A DNA stretch of 63,816 nt, counting the filler, from Octopus bimaculoides (lineage: Eukaryota): assembly GCF_001194135.2 (NCBI RefSeq). It is 6 parts of 5 records of this genome, joined end to end, with 100 filler letters (N's around TTAATTAATTAA, not from the genome) between each part and the next. Parts side by side here need not be neighbours in the genome. Positions count along the whole stretch, not along the records: positions 22,570 to 51,786 come from NC_068983.1; 5 more parts are not named here. One strand, given 5' to 3'. The notes under the pieces are model-generated. The model worked only from the letters and a program-made list of their open reading frames with translations, was not told the DNA's origin and did not search any database. Positions 34,627 to 47,477 of this stretch are shown in pieces. Numbering within the stretch: the stretch's first letter is position 1; every line of letters starts with the position of its first letter. The position numbers were made by a program, and so were the translations under genes.

Positions 34627-34869
34627 ATTCGTTAATCCTCAAACGGTCTACGTAGAGGTAAGATAGAATTTTCCTGTATTCACAGCCCAAACACATCTTT
34701 GCCTCTTAATATTCAGTGAAGCTCTACATAGCGCCGAAAACGTACCGGCTGCTATTTCTAGCAATGATCATACTTCGTTTACACTTGCTTTATATATTCA
34801 TCATTCTATCTATATGGTGCTTTATTCTTACTGGAATATAATATTATTTTAATAATATTTATATTTTCA

Positions 34870-35063
34870 AAGGTGGTGAGCTGGCAGGAACGTTAGCACG
34901 CTGGCCGAAATGCTTAATGGTATTTCGTCTACATTCGCCAAGGTCGGATTTGCCTTTCATCATATCGGGGTCGATAAATTAAGTACCAGTTGCATATTGG
35001 GGTCGATCTAACCGACTTGTCCCTCTCCTAAAATTTCGGGCTTTTTGCCTAGAGTAGAAAAGA
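34870..35063 (+). mobile_element. SINE family B copy with an internal deletion
   Basis: aaggtggtgagctggcaggaacgttagcacgc...ggggtcgataaattaagtaccagttgc...gcctagagtagaaaagaat. Confidence 0.8.
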
Positions 35064-35073
35064 ATATTTATAT

Positions 35074-35116
<43 letters not shown>

Positions 35117-38100
35117 AATGTATGCGCGTGTATATATACATGCAAACACATCCACTCATTCACGTTCACCTGTCTATGCCTGTTGCATTATACTGGGGCC
35201 TGTCGTATAGCAACTGGCATGACAAATTTTTACCGTTTATGTCCATATTCTATAAGGAAGATCTATTATTCTTTCCTCCGGTATCAACTTCGTCATTTTT
35301 AATATTCGTACTTTGTCATAACGTAATAAGCTAATATTTCGCCTAACGTTTCATCCATCATTCACGTATAGTCATAAATCCTTTGCTTCTATTGATTGAT
35401 GTTTTGAAAATTAATAATTTGCAGGGAATACATTGCCCTTATTTCTATACATCTTATTTTATGGGATATTTTGTGAATATCCTGTAATATAGAAAACCAA
35501 CAGTAACGGCATTGATTGAAAATGCGGAGAAGTTTATTTTTTAAAAGTTAATAAGAAAACATTATATCCAATATACCTTAACCGTTTTATATGTTGCCTT
35601 TTATAATTCATTTTATGAAACACAAGCAAACGCAGGATGGACAGCTTTTAGTAATGATCATATATTGAACGTTTCCAAATAAAATTGCCGGGTGTAATAT
35701 TGCAAAATTGCTTCTTTAGTTTTATTAGATATATGGAAACATTGAAATATTAGAGAAAAAGTATATACAAAGATATGAAAACACGCACAAAACCCAAAAG
35801 AAGCCCATGTTTAGAAAAACAATAAAAACGCGAAAAAGAAAAAAAATACAAGCGACAATATTTTGATAGGGTGTGCACTCACGCTAAAACTATGACTCGT
35901 TCTTCAGGTGATATATCATTTTCGTGACAGTTATTGTGCATCTAGTTTTCTTATATGAAGTTTATCAACAGAAAATTATCTATACTATATTCCCTTGAAT
36001 CAATCCATCATATAGTGTATATATATTTATTGATTTCTTATTAAATATTGCGCTTATTTTTCATAGTTATTCAGTTTTTTTCTTCAGTATTTTGCTTTTA
36101 TTGTAGTAGTGCTTTAATGAATATAAGTTCGTTATTTAAGAATATTGAATGCACCTAAAAATTATTTTAGCATGGCTACTTGAACCTCATTTGTTTGAAA
36201 ACAACGTGATTGAAACTAAAACTAACACAGTATAAATATTTTGAAAACACGATATTCTGTTTTATCGCTGTATTTTGAATATAGTAATATAATTTCATAA
36301 TAAAAGTATGGAAGATCTAACAACTTACAAAGAAAATTGTATGCTAATAATACAATGCTCAACTTTTTCCTCCCAATATTCTATATTTTCAACTCTTTAC
36401 TGATTTTGCCTACGGGTTTGGCCATGCTAGTGGCAAACATTACGTCACTATGATGAAAGTGTTCCCTCATTTTATGTTTTGGTTAAAGGGAAAATATATA
36501 TAACTGTATCAAGTCGAAAAATACAAGAAACGGTTTCTAGGTTATGTTTTCTGGATACATACAAGTTATCATTAATGCGATACTACTCTATACTTATTTG
36601 ATTTGTTGATGCTTATTACTGAAGAGCTTATATCAATAAGAAAATTTTGAGTGAATGTCTTGTCATGCAGACTAACACACAATAATCAGAATTTAGATTT
36701 AATCAAACAAGCAAAGTCTATTAACCGTTTACATTCAGTACTGATGTTTACATAGAATACTGTAGATTCCTGTACGTAATTTCTAATAAGTGTTTCTTCT
36801 GTATGTGAGTTATTATTATGTTATCAAATCCACCAGCTAATAGTAATGGTAGTCGGTTTCCTGATCAGAGAGCTTTTCGATGTGGCAGACACTAATATAA
36901 GCCTGATGTTTTCGAGAAGACACATATTTGTGATAATCTATTAAAAAAAGTTACAGCTTCTGCACGTGATATTTTAGATTCGATGGACGGTGTGCTAATA
37001 CGAGTTTCGAAATATTGTATAAAGCAGAACGGAATATTTTATGCATAAGTAGGTAATGTTAAATGATTCAAAATATTTTTCGTTTTGCTGATGTAGAATG
37101 ATGCATTAAGTATTTTTGAATATGTTTTCTGTGTAAATTAATTATCCTGTCTGTTTTTAATCTATATTGTTGTTTGCAGATGGGAACATGCTTTAGAGTA
37201 CGATGCGTCGATTCTAGGTTTCAATTCAAACGTGAAGGCATTTTACACTAGCTGCTAATAATTATATACGAAATAATTTTATTGGTTGTCTCAGGTGTTT
37301 TTGAATTATTTATGGCGAAATTTTATAAGAAGTTGGATACTCTTATTTTACTTTCTAGATTCTGATACAAATTAGAGCCAAACATTCATCGTTTAGACTG
37401 GCGGGGTGTTTTAAAGATTTGTATTCTTGCATTTCTTGTTGGCTTTTACAATAAAATGCTTGAAAAATTTGTTAGTTACAGTCTCATAGTTTAAAACAGT
37501 TTTTACAATTTATTGCTTTCCGATAAATATTCGAAAAATATATTAGAATACTGTTTTCTTATTCTGGTCTACTTTTTAATTTCTTTGTGCTTTGTTTAAT
37601 GTTTCTCTGTTATTTGGTCTATGTAGTTTGAGGTTATGCTAAATTTAATTATTTTGTATAAATCATTTTTATAGTTTTGGATCATGCTTTTATGCTGCTT
37701 TGTAAGAAGTATATTTTAGAAGCATGAATGATATAATTTTTTTTAAAAATATGCGTTGCAATAAGAATGGTTATGAAAAGGACTAGTTAAATACTGCAAA
37801 TCGGAAAGCAGATTCCTCGATAAAATTGTTACATTCAACTCTGTTGATTTGTCTAAAAATATTTTTCATTCATTTGCGTTATTGAAGGTTAAGGCTACGG
37901 CGTTAAGTCTATCCAGAGTTGTCTCTCTTCGGCATTTCCCATTGATAACGCCTAAATTGCTAGGAACGCGAGTAGGAATCCGACGCAGATATGGTGTTTT
38001 TACAACTCTGTACCAGAAAAGAGAATTTTTCTCGACTGTACCTTCAGAGAATTTGTCTTTAGAAGTTGAAATGTATTTGTGACATATTTCAACTAACCTA

Positions 38101-38161
38101 AAGTCAGCTTATACTTAAGTAATGCTTGGCGCTGCTGCTGCTGCATAATTACATACATATA

Positions 38162-38223
<62 letters not shown>

Positions 38224-38230
38224 AATTTCA

Positions 38231-39300
38231 CGTTGGTATTATCAATGGATAGATAGAGGGAGGATAGATGTGTATGATTAGAAAGAGGAGATAATTCAAA
38301 TCAAAAACAGGAAGAGTAAATTGGAGAAAACAGCGAAGAAGCAAACGGGAGTGAGAAAAAAAGAAATGAAGAGAGATGGAACGAAATGAGAGAAGGTGTG
38401 TTAGCCAGGTTAGTAGGAAAAGAAAGACCCTACCACCCATGTCTATAGCAACTTGAATTCATTCCATTCAATTTTTACTATCAAAACCAATACCCACTTA
38501 CATATCACCCCACACTTACTTTCTCTCTACCCTTTCTGTACCCATCTCTTAATACAGCTCTAGAACACCACCCATATCTCACACTCTTTTATTCCTTACT
38601 CTCTCATCTCTTCCTCTCTCTCTCCTCTCACCTCCCCCTTCCACCTATCACTTTATTCTGGCCACTATCTAACCCTATTTCATTTCGTTTCATTTCTCTT
38701 CATTTCTTTTTTGTCTCCTTCCCCTTGTCTTCTATTTTTCCTCCCATTCTCTCTTCCTGTTTTTTATTTGACCTATCTCCTCTTTCTAATCATACACATC
38801 TCTCCTCCCTCTATATATCCATTAACAATACCAGCACATTTTAATTCACACCAAAAATCCTTCGATCGACCAACACTGTTTACAAGACTCTACGATTGGA
38901 ATTACCAAATATAACCACCATTGGGACTCACACACCAGGTACAAGAAAATTTCTTCGCCAAAATTTTTTTGGCTATTTATATACGCCATTCTACTTGAAT
39001 AATTGAACAGCAAATGCAATATCCTTATGTATCTCACTTCTATGTTCATTCACGTACTTCGTTCTGTGTTTCATATCTACTTTGCAATAATTAATACTCA
39101 AACATTTTCTCGCATCGTCTCTGATGAAGGTATGTATAAAATATCTCAGAAACAGCTGTAAGAATCTTTCTTGATAAATATTATGAAATCTATTTACTGC
39201 CTTGGTCTTTCTTTATCGCATTCTGTCAATTTAAATATATGCATGCTAATATATAACCCACGTTGGACTCGTCCCTCGTATCATTATCGAGCCAGGAGCT
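38231..39300. mobile_element. Probable Penelope-like element remnant: ~180-bp inverted duplication plus a downstream hammerhead-like motif
   Basis: 38231-38410 is the imperfect reverse complement of about 38650-38836; CTGATGA...GAAACAGCTGTA at 39121-39160. Confidence 0.5.
39115..39166 (+). ncRNA. Degenerate minimal hammerhead-ribozyme-like motif
   Basis: tct-CTGATGA-a-ggtat(gtataaa)atatc-tca-GAAAC-AGCT-GTA-aga: palindromic stem III acagctgt, GUA triplet, 3-bp stem I, imperfect stem II junction. Confidence 0.45.
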
Positions 39301-40409
39301 TAAACATGGTCTATCCATAGAACTTACTTAGCGTTTACCCGATAGCTTTTGGGTTTTTCCGACACCAATACTTTTCATACCCTTGATATGTATATACACA
39401 CACACACACATAAACGCACGCACACACACACACAACACACACACACACACACACGCACACACACATACACACACACACGCACACACACACACACACACAC
39501 ACATGTACTTTTATATAAATTATTTTATATCATATGAGACACATAATTCTGAGTACAATTTTTTTTATGTACGAAGCTCGTGTGAGCTGTGCCACGTTGA
39601 TCCACAGAAGTAATATAGTATGAAATCACAATATACCACTAAATTACGTATTGCACTAACAACTTTGAATGAAATTTCACAATCTGTTAAATTGTGTTCT
39701 GCTAATATGTTTCGACGTGCAAATATTATTTTCTTGCATAAATACCATTTTACGTGTTGACAAATACCTCATCTTGGATTAGAAAATAATAGGAGTTTAT
39801 AGGAATCTCATATGTGATTAATTTAGAATTTCTTCGAGGTAGGTGATGTTATCTAAAAATAAACTGTGAACAAACGTGTTTCAGAAAATAATAAATTAAC
39901 TACTAAAATTTGGAAATTTATTACATTCATTTCCGATAATTTCTTTCAAACATATATTTCCTTTGATCATATGCATTCATGCTCCTTCGTATAGTGCCGC
40001 AAACAATATCTAAATACAATTTCCTCATGTACGTATTTTAAAAACACATTTTCTCTCATTGTTTCCTATTGCTACCTCACAAACATAATTTCATTCAACT
40101 GTTTACTATGTAAAACACGATGTTTTATATTTGTAATAACGTTCTTTCACGAAGAGAAACTTTTGAAATGTGTTGTTCACGATGTTCGTTGACAAAGATC
40201 GCATCGTTTCAATACGTGCTTAAAAAAAAAGAAAAAGAACAATTTACACGGCTTTGGTCGATCCAAATTCTTGTTGCATTTTCTTTTGATTGCGAATATT
40301 ACTTTTGAAGACGGTGATAACTATAGCAATAATAAGCTACTACTACTACTACAACAAAAACTGCTACTAATACCGGTGCTACTGCAACCGACACCGCCGC
40401 TTCCGCCAT

Positions 40410-40780
40410 CTTCACCCTACTCTTTCTATAATGCATCGCATGAGGTGGAGGTTGTCGTGAGCGGACCTGGTCAGGATTGCACAGGTTTGCGCATGTTTTG
40501 CGTCTCTCAAACCAAATCCTCGACGATAAGCACCAATTCCTTTGCTAATACCGTGACCAAAATCTTAAACTCTGTGTTAAGAAAAGTTATGGGCCAGAAG
40601 TTATATGATATGTCCCTCTGGTTTTCACCTTTCCATATCAGTGTCACTACACCCCGGCTCACAGAAATGGATATATACTCCCGTTCTGCTGCCAGTTGCA
40701 GGCGTTGCGTAAGCATCCTTGCTTCCACGACAACCCCAGGACACGTACATTTATACAACTCCCATGAAGTAAGGAAAGGA
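40410..40780 (-). pseudogene. L1/Tx1-type reverse transcriptase fragment
   Basis: SVSRGVVTLIWKG...NFWPITFLNTEFKILVTVLAKEL..IVEDLV then, in another frame, TCAILTRSAHDNLHLMRCIIERVG; matches the start of the RT domain of L1/Tx1 ORF2 (RPITLLNxDxKIL). Confidence 0.8.
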
Positions 40781-43700
40781 AAAAGTGAGTGTGACTTACC
40801 CATCTGGTGCTGATTGTGGTCTAGTGGGTCTCCCACCCTGTTTTTGCTGGGTTCCTTTGGAAACCCCCTTAATAGCCATGTGCTAGCCGTTTCGCTGTTC
40901 ACAACGTAAGTGCCAAAGATATTAGCCTATTTATAAAGGTATAATTTCCAAGGCTAAGTGAATTTTTTTTGCATAACATGGATAAATGGAGAACGGTGGT
41001 ACGACTGTTTATTTCTATGACAAATACATTTCAAATGTATTTATTAAAAGGCATTCCTATTCTGTCCTAGTTCTAATTAATCGTATGTTTTTAAGGTAAA
41101 AATCATTGGCTATATCATCGAACTGATCAAATACGACAATTTATCCGAAACTTTAGTTATCTATGGATAACTACAGTTTATCCATAGTTATCTCCCCTTA
41201 GTTTTCTACGGATGATAATGGAAATCGATAGATTTCTAGGACGAATATATAAGTTAAGCAACTTCAAAAACATTGCTACAAATAGCACATCTCATTTTGG
41301 TTATATTCGAGTCTGATATATTGTGAAGTAAAATACATAAACAGATAAGCATTTTCGTTTGATTCGCTTGTTAAATTTGCTTTCAACTTTGTGCCAAATA
41401 TCACTTCCGATTCTAAGTTATTGGCTGGGGTATTACATCAAACGTACCCTAATTTAGTTTGCATCATACCATCAAGGAAATTGATGAATCATACCCTAGA
41501 CATAATGTTATATTGCCGTATATATTTATCTCCCTGTATTTTATTCATTTGTATCATGTCACAGTGAACCTTTAGTTTAACACCCATGAGTACGTAGCAC
41601 AATTTCCTTTTTTCTGTTCGATCATTGCAATAATTCCAAAACACTACTCTGAAAATGTTTCTCAAGTCCCAAAGCACAATAATCAAATAATTTGTCACGA
41701 AGAAAAACGTGACAAATCTCATTTCCACATGAATACCAACGAAGTCAAAGGCAACATTTGTTAAGATTTTTTAACAGATGGAAACCAGTCTCCAAATTGA
41801 AAGAAATTCATATTGTCGTGTACCCAGATTGCATAATAATTAATTTACTGAGAATTGTCTTATATTATAGTAGGTTAACACTTATTATATGAGCATTACA
41901 AGGTACGGTTTTTAAAGAAAATCAATGAAAATACTTCATTTCGCAACTGGAAATATATCTTACAGAATAATATTAATTAGTGTTGCGATAAAATGTTATT
42001 GCAGATCAGTTGTAAAGAAGGGGAGTATTTTATTCAAACCGATTCCTTCATAAATATTTGTCCAGAATCGGTGCAAGGACAGGAAGGGTATGGATAATAT
42101 AGCTTCTAACATTGTTGATTAGCGAGGGCGATGTATTTGCCCCCTGATTCAGATCGACGTTTGATGGAAGTGTGAAAGATTCGGACTTCCATGGAGCTGC
42201 ATTTGCAGCAAAAAAATATTTGATACCCCTCTGTGAGAGGGAGAGTGCTGAAGAGAAAAAAAATAATATGAACCTTGTTGTATAATGTAGAGAATAACAT
42301 AGCGACAGAATGAAGAATGTGTATTTGTGTTAGCAGTTGTAACATATAAAAATATACTTCCAGTCAACTGAATGAACATTTTGCTGGCAGTTTCGTGTAG
42401 GATGTATTTTAGCCGTAGCATATACTAATGCTCTAACATTCTTCGAACGCGAGGTTACTGTACTTTCAGTAAGCAATCCCATACAGAGCATAGTCTTCAA
42501 ACTGCAGAGAGCAGTTGTGAATATAACATTATCATAAGTTATCGTGAGAGCTTTTCTAACCATTTTGAAGGATTCATTTCTATGCTTTTCATTTTCAAGG
42601 AAATGAAATTCCTATTGTATATCATGGCCTGAGAATACTTCAAGCAGCTGATCACACCATACACCGCGTTGAAAGGTTGGAATGACATTAAGAAATATCT
42701 TATATAACATTTACAGAAGTCTCTGTACTGTAAATGTAAAAATAAAATCAATCATTTTTACATGTAGTGAATATGCTTTTCTACTTTCGAAGAATCTTAA
42801 AATATCAGAAAAATATCAGAGTAAATCGTAGAGAAATCGTGCAATCAAAGTACAATTTGTGGATTAATTATCATGGAAGGTAACAATCACATTGTTCACA
42901 GTAGTAAAAATGATATATCATTAGCATTGTAGATTGTGTATTCAAAGAATAGAAGCAAATAGGAGAGTGATTGTGGCTTCTCGTATCACATTTAAAATAG
43001 TAAAACCAAGGAATATGGCCATAGTTATTTGGGTTGAGCAGTTACCCTTCCCAAACGTCCGGTTTATCATACCGTGCTTCTCTATTTCAGGTTAGATGCT
43101 ACCGATGTATTGTGCTGGAAGGCGTTGTTTTACAGCAATATAAGTAGGAAATAGGACGTAGATTTTCTTGTGTATGTAGGAATCAAAAGAAATGATTGGG
43201 TGGGGAATTCTGTATAGTTAAAGCCTTGCAGTCATTTATCCAATCACGTTTCATCCGATTTTACCTTACAAATACAGTGAATATCCTCTGAACCATACTC
43301 TCATTAACTATTATTAGTATTTCGAATGAAATACAAATGATACTGGACGTATTTATACGCTATCCAAGTTATCGAATCGGCAATATATTTTTGTTAGAAG
43401 TTGTTCCAAGAGGGAAGTCAAGTATTACGATTTCATGTACATGTTACTATTAGTACTCTTCGTGTGTTAAATGACCTTTTTTTTATATTCAGGATCTACA
43501 AAACGTGGGTTTATTCGAAACCTGTTGTTTAATTTGTTGGATCTTTATGCAAGAACACATATCAATTCTCTATTTTCAAATATGTCTTTCTAAATATTTC
43601 ATTGTGGTAAACATCTGATTCGTAATAAGAGAGACAATACAATATTGAACTACTCACATCTTCCGAATGGAGGGAAAGAAGGATCGGCTGAAATTGATCC

Positions 43701-43884
43701 TCAGACCAGAGAGTTTTTTCTAGAACTTGCAACAGAATAGAATTTGTCAAAAGGAACCAAATGTCATGTGGTCGTGTAAAACAAAATACGGATTAAATCT
43801 AGCTCATTATATTGCATATCAAAATTGCAAAAAAATATAAACAAGAAATGTATTAATGTTAACTTATAATATCGTTCGTCATTT

Positions 43885-43985
43885 CTGGAGCTGATAAAAT
43901 AACTACCAGTTGAGCAATGGGATTGATATAATCGACTTATATATCCCCCCACTAGTGGCCTCGTGCTAAAATTGGAGGCCCATGT
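43885..43985 (+). mobile_element. SINE family B 3' fragment
   Basis: gataaaataactaccagttgagcaatgggattgatataatcgactt...ggcctcgtgctaaaatt. Confidence 0.55.
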
Positions 43986-45849
43986 CAAATTGTAACTTGA
44001 GGATGTTTCATTCTCAAGAAAATTAAGTTTTTATTGTGAGCATTATTCAGGCTGATGGTCGCACTGCATACCACATTGACAGGGCAGTATTACATTAGTA
44101 AAGATTTTATATAAATTTCCGTTCCGTAAATGTTGTGCATTACGTTTAGTAGAATACTTGTTTCATGGAAGTATGTTGTAAATTCCTTCTTTGTCAAAAA
44201 TAAGAGTGAAAAGGGTTTTTTCACTGACGTTAGCGTACTCATCTTATGCATCGCAACTTTCCTCTAGATCTGACTGTAAAGTCCATTCTGTCACTCGTAA
44301 TCGAAATGTATCAACGTAAGTTTTGTATATTATTTACTACATTGTACGACATTAAGTTTCAGAATATGATTGACGATTCATTCTTATTATCTGATTATTA
44401 ATTTGTGAGAAAGAATTGCCCACTAATATTGTAAAGTGGAGCCTGAAGCATATTCAAATATTCTTGTCAATAAATTGACCGTTTTCTAAAGTTCGTTACA
44501 AGTCAAACATTTCTTTCAAGGCACTATTACCATATAGCTTCATGTATTAAATTCATAATATTCCAATTATGTTTGCAGGTTATCTTAATGATTCTTTATT
44601 GCTAAAATGAAAATATTTACGACATACAGAAATTTCTCAAGTCCATGTATTTTTCCCCTACACAAATTTCTCGAAATTTTCTAACTATAATGAAACTCTT
44701 TCATCTCATATTTTATTATTAATTTTTCTCATTTACGATTTTTTTCTTATTTCTGCATTTTTGTATTTTCTTGGAGAAACTGAGTTAAGACTGACTGTTA
44801 AATTGCTCAAAGTCATAATTTAATTGCAAATATTTTCACTTTGAAAAGCTGAAAGAATTTGCCATTAGCATCAATTATTTCACTCCCATTTTCAATTGTA
44901 ACGTTAATCAACTTCAAAAAGCAAGATTACCTGTAAAAGAAGAAAACTCGACAGATTTTGTCTTGTTATAAATTAATGGCATAACGTCGGAAAATGGAGA
45001 AACAGAAAACATTTTTGAATTTACAGAAATATGTTATTAAAAGCATGTTCAGTTGAAACCAGTTGAAACCAGTTGAACATATATTGCTTTTAATTTCGAA
45101 ATATGATTTTGTGAAGTGTTCTTTACATTTTAATTGAAAATTCTGTGTTGTATTGAGCCACAATTTATAATGGATACGTTTAGGGTTTGGTCATAATTCT
45201 CCTCATATTTTATCTAATTTGGTGATTTTTTATGTAAGATCATATAAACTTTTCAACAATGAACATTTATTCGAATAAAAATTGCCCCTAGGAAACGTTG
45301 ACGCTAAAGAATATGCTATGTATTATTAAATGAAATTATTGATTGCTTCAGATATTGTTCATAATAATTCTAAGCAGATTCATCTGGGCACAAGATTCGT
45401 AAAAATTATTGTAGAAAGCGTATTGTTACTATTTACGTATTTACACAGTATGGTAACCTTAAAACCTCGCGCCAGTTATTCTGAAATGAAATGAATAGAA
45501 ATAATTTTAAAATGTAATTATCCAGAGAGTGTGCTGAACCGGATATCTTTCAAAATTTCGGTCATCTCAAGGGCACGCACACACAAGATATTCTATTGCT
45601 CGTTGTCACAAGAGTCTAAGTGTAAGGTTTTTCTGTAACAATTTCAAAGCTACATCAAGCCATCGAAAACACAAATATGCATGTTAGGTGCACACAAACA
45701 CGCGCGCGCGCACATACACACATTATTAATGTTTAGCAGAAGCAACAAAGTTACTCAAAGGGTGAGAGTTTCGTCCGTTATCAATATCAGATTAGTATGT
45801 GCTAACGCACTAAAATGTCTTTCATTTTGCACTTACTAAATATTAATAT

Positions 45850-46001
45850 AGGAGTAGCTGTGTGGTAAGAAGCTTGCTTCCCAATCACATGGGACCGGGC
45901 TCAGTCCCACTGCACCATGATCAAGTGTGTTTTACTGCAGCCTCGGGCCGACCAAAGCCTTGTGAGTGGATTTGGTAGACGGAAACTGAAAGACGTTCGT
46001 C
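45850..46001 (+). mobile_element. SINE family A, 5' half only
   Basis: aggagtagctgtgtggtaagaagcttgcttcccaatcac...gcctcgggccgaccaaagccttgtgagtggatttggtagacggaaactgaaag, then a TA repeat. Confidence 0.8.
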
Positions 46002-46009
46002 GAATATAC

Positions 46010-46047
<38 letters not shown>

Positions 46048-46399
46048 AAAAAAGACAAAGTAGAAAATGCTAAAATATTTTTATAAAGAGCATTGCAGAA
46101 CCGGTTTTGATCCTTGACATCTTTTCAACAGTAAATATGAATAATAACTTTTTGAAAAATTATTGAAAAATAAAATTTTGGTAGATTTAAAAGAAAAGTC
46201 TTTTTAAAGACATATGTGTATAGTATTCAAGTAACAGGGGCATTTTTCTTGTTTCTGTCTGTCTCTGTTTCACTTGCTAACTCTTGTGACCTCGAGCTCA
46301 CAAGAGTTGACAATACAATTATTTGGTTTGTCCTAACTAGAGTATTGATGTCATATACATACCTACAATATAGCAATCCTGTTGTGGATTGTTCAGCTA

Positions 46400-46660
46400 G
46401 GGATTGTTAAGTTTTCTGTCCAACCAGATCATGAAGAAGCCGTCCCACATCTTCAAGTTCACCGACACCTATGGCTGCCCCTTGAAGCTGCATGTATAGT
46501 TTCCTGTCAAACTTCACTATGTAGGGCTTTAACGTGGTTCTCACGCTAGCTCCTATAGCAATCGCTCTTTTCACCTGATTGTCGTTCTCAAGGTCCTGGG
46601 TGTGCATGGTCCACTGCGTTTAAATTTGCCTTATATTGTGCCTGTAATGGTGTGAAATTG
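46400..46660 (-). pseudogene. Penelope-like element reverse transcriptase fragment
   Basis: YIVKFDRKLYMQLQGAAIGVG...GRL, frameshifting to FFMIWLDRKL; resembles the PLE RT segment Y.F.G..Y.Q..G..IG......A...M.WWD. Confidence 0.62.
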
Positions 46661-47108
46661 CTGCCCACCTTATTATAAGGTTATTAATATCATTAATAAC
46701 GGTAGTAATATATANNNNNNNNNNNNNNNNNNNNNNNNNNNNNNNNNNNNNNNNNNNNNNNNNNNNNNNNNNNNNNNNNNNNNNNNNNNNNNNNNNNNNN
46801 NNNNNNNNNNNNNNNNNNNNNNNNNNNNNNNNNNNNNNNNNNNNNNNNNNNNNNNNNNNNNNNNNNNNNNNNNNNNNNNNNNNNNNNNNNNNNNNNNNNN
46901 NNNNNNNNNNNNNNNNNNNNNNNNNNNNNNNNNNNNNNNNNNNNNNNNNNNNNNNNNNNNNNNNNNNNNNNNNNNNNNNNNNNNNNNNNNNNNNNNNNNN
47001 NNNNNNNNNNNNNNNNNNNNNNNNNNNNNNNNNNNNNNNNNNNNNNNNNNNNNNNNNNNNNNNNNNNNNNNNNNNNNNNNNNNNNNNNNNNNNTATATAT
47101 ATATACAC

Positions 47109-47142
<34 letters not shown>

Positions 47143-47155
47143 AATTGTTGAAATG

Positions 47156-47256
47156 GACAACAAACATTAAAACAAGGCAAACATCTCAAGTCGTGTACAA
47201 TATAATTAATAATGAATATGACTTGAGACGTTTGACTTGCCTTAATGCTTGTTGTC
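47156..47256. repeat. 37-bp imperfect inverted repeat with a 27-nt loop
   Basis: gacaacaaacattaaaacaaggcaaacatctcaagtc versus the reverse complement of 47220-47256; 32 of 37 positions identical. Confidence 0.8.
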
Positions 47257-47428
47257 TTCTTTAACGATTATATAACCGCTGCATCGTAAATCTGCAATGG
47301 CTCCAGAACAACCGTCTCAGATATAACCTTAGAGCCCTCGTAATCCGTTGCAGCACTTACATAGCGTACCTTATCGTTTAGATCACCTGTGAATTAAGCA
47401 CCCATACGTTGTATGTATATACATACAC

Positions 47429-47477
<49 letters not shown>

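Noticed and set aside
11508-40780. All L1/Tx1 pieces lie on the minus strand
   Set aside because: Three or four observations are too few to claim an orientation bias.
35300-45800. Scattered acceptor/donor-like sites in the AT-rich unique stretches (e.g. 37180, 43090, 43492, 44050) as exons of a second gene
   Set aside because: Translations hit stops or match no family I know; no consistent exon chain could be built.
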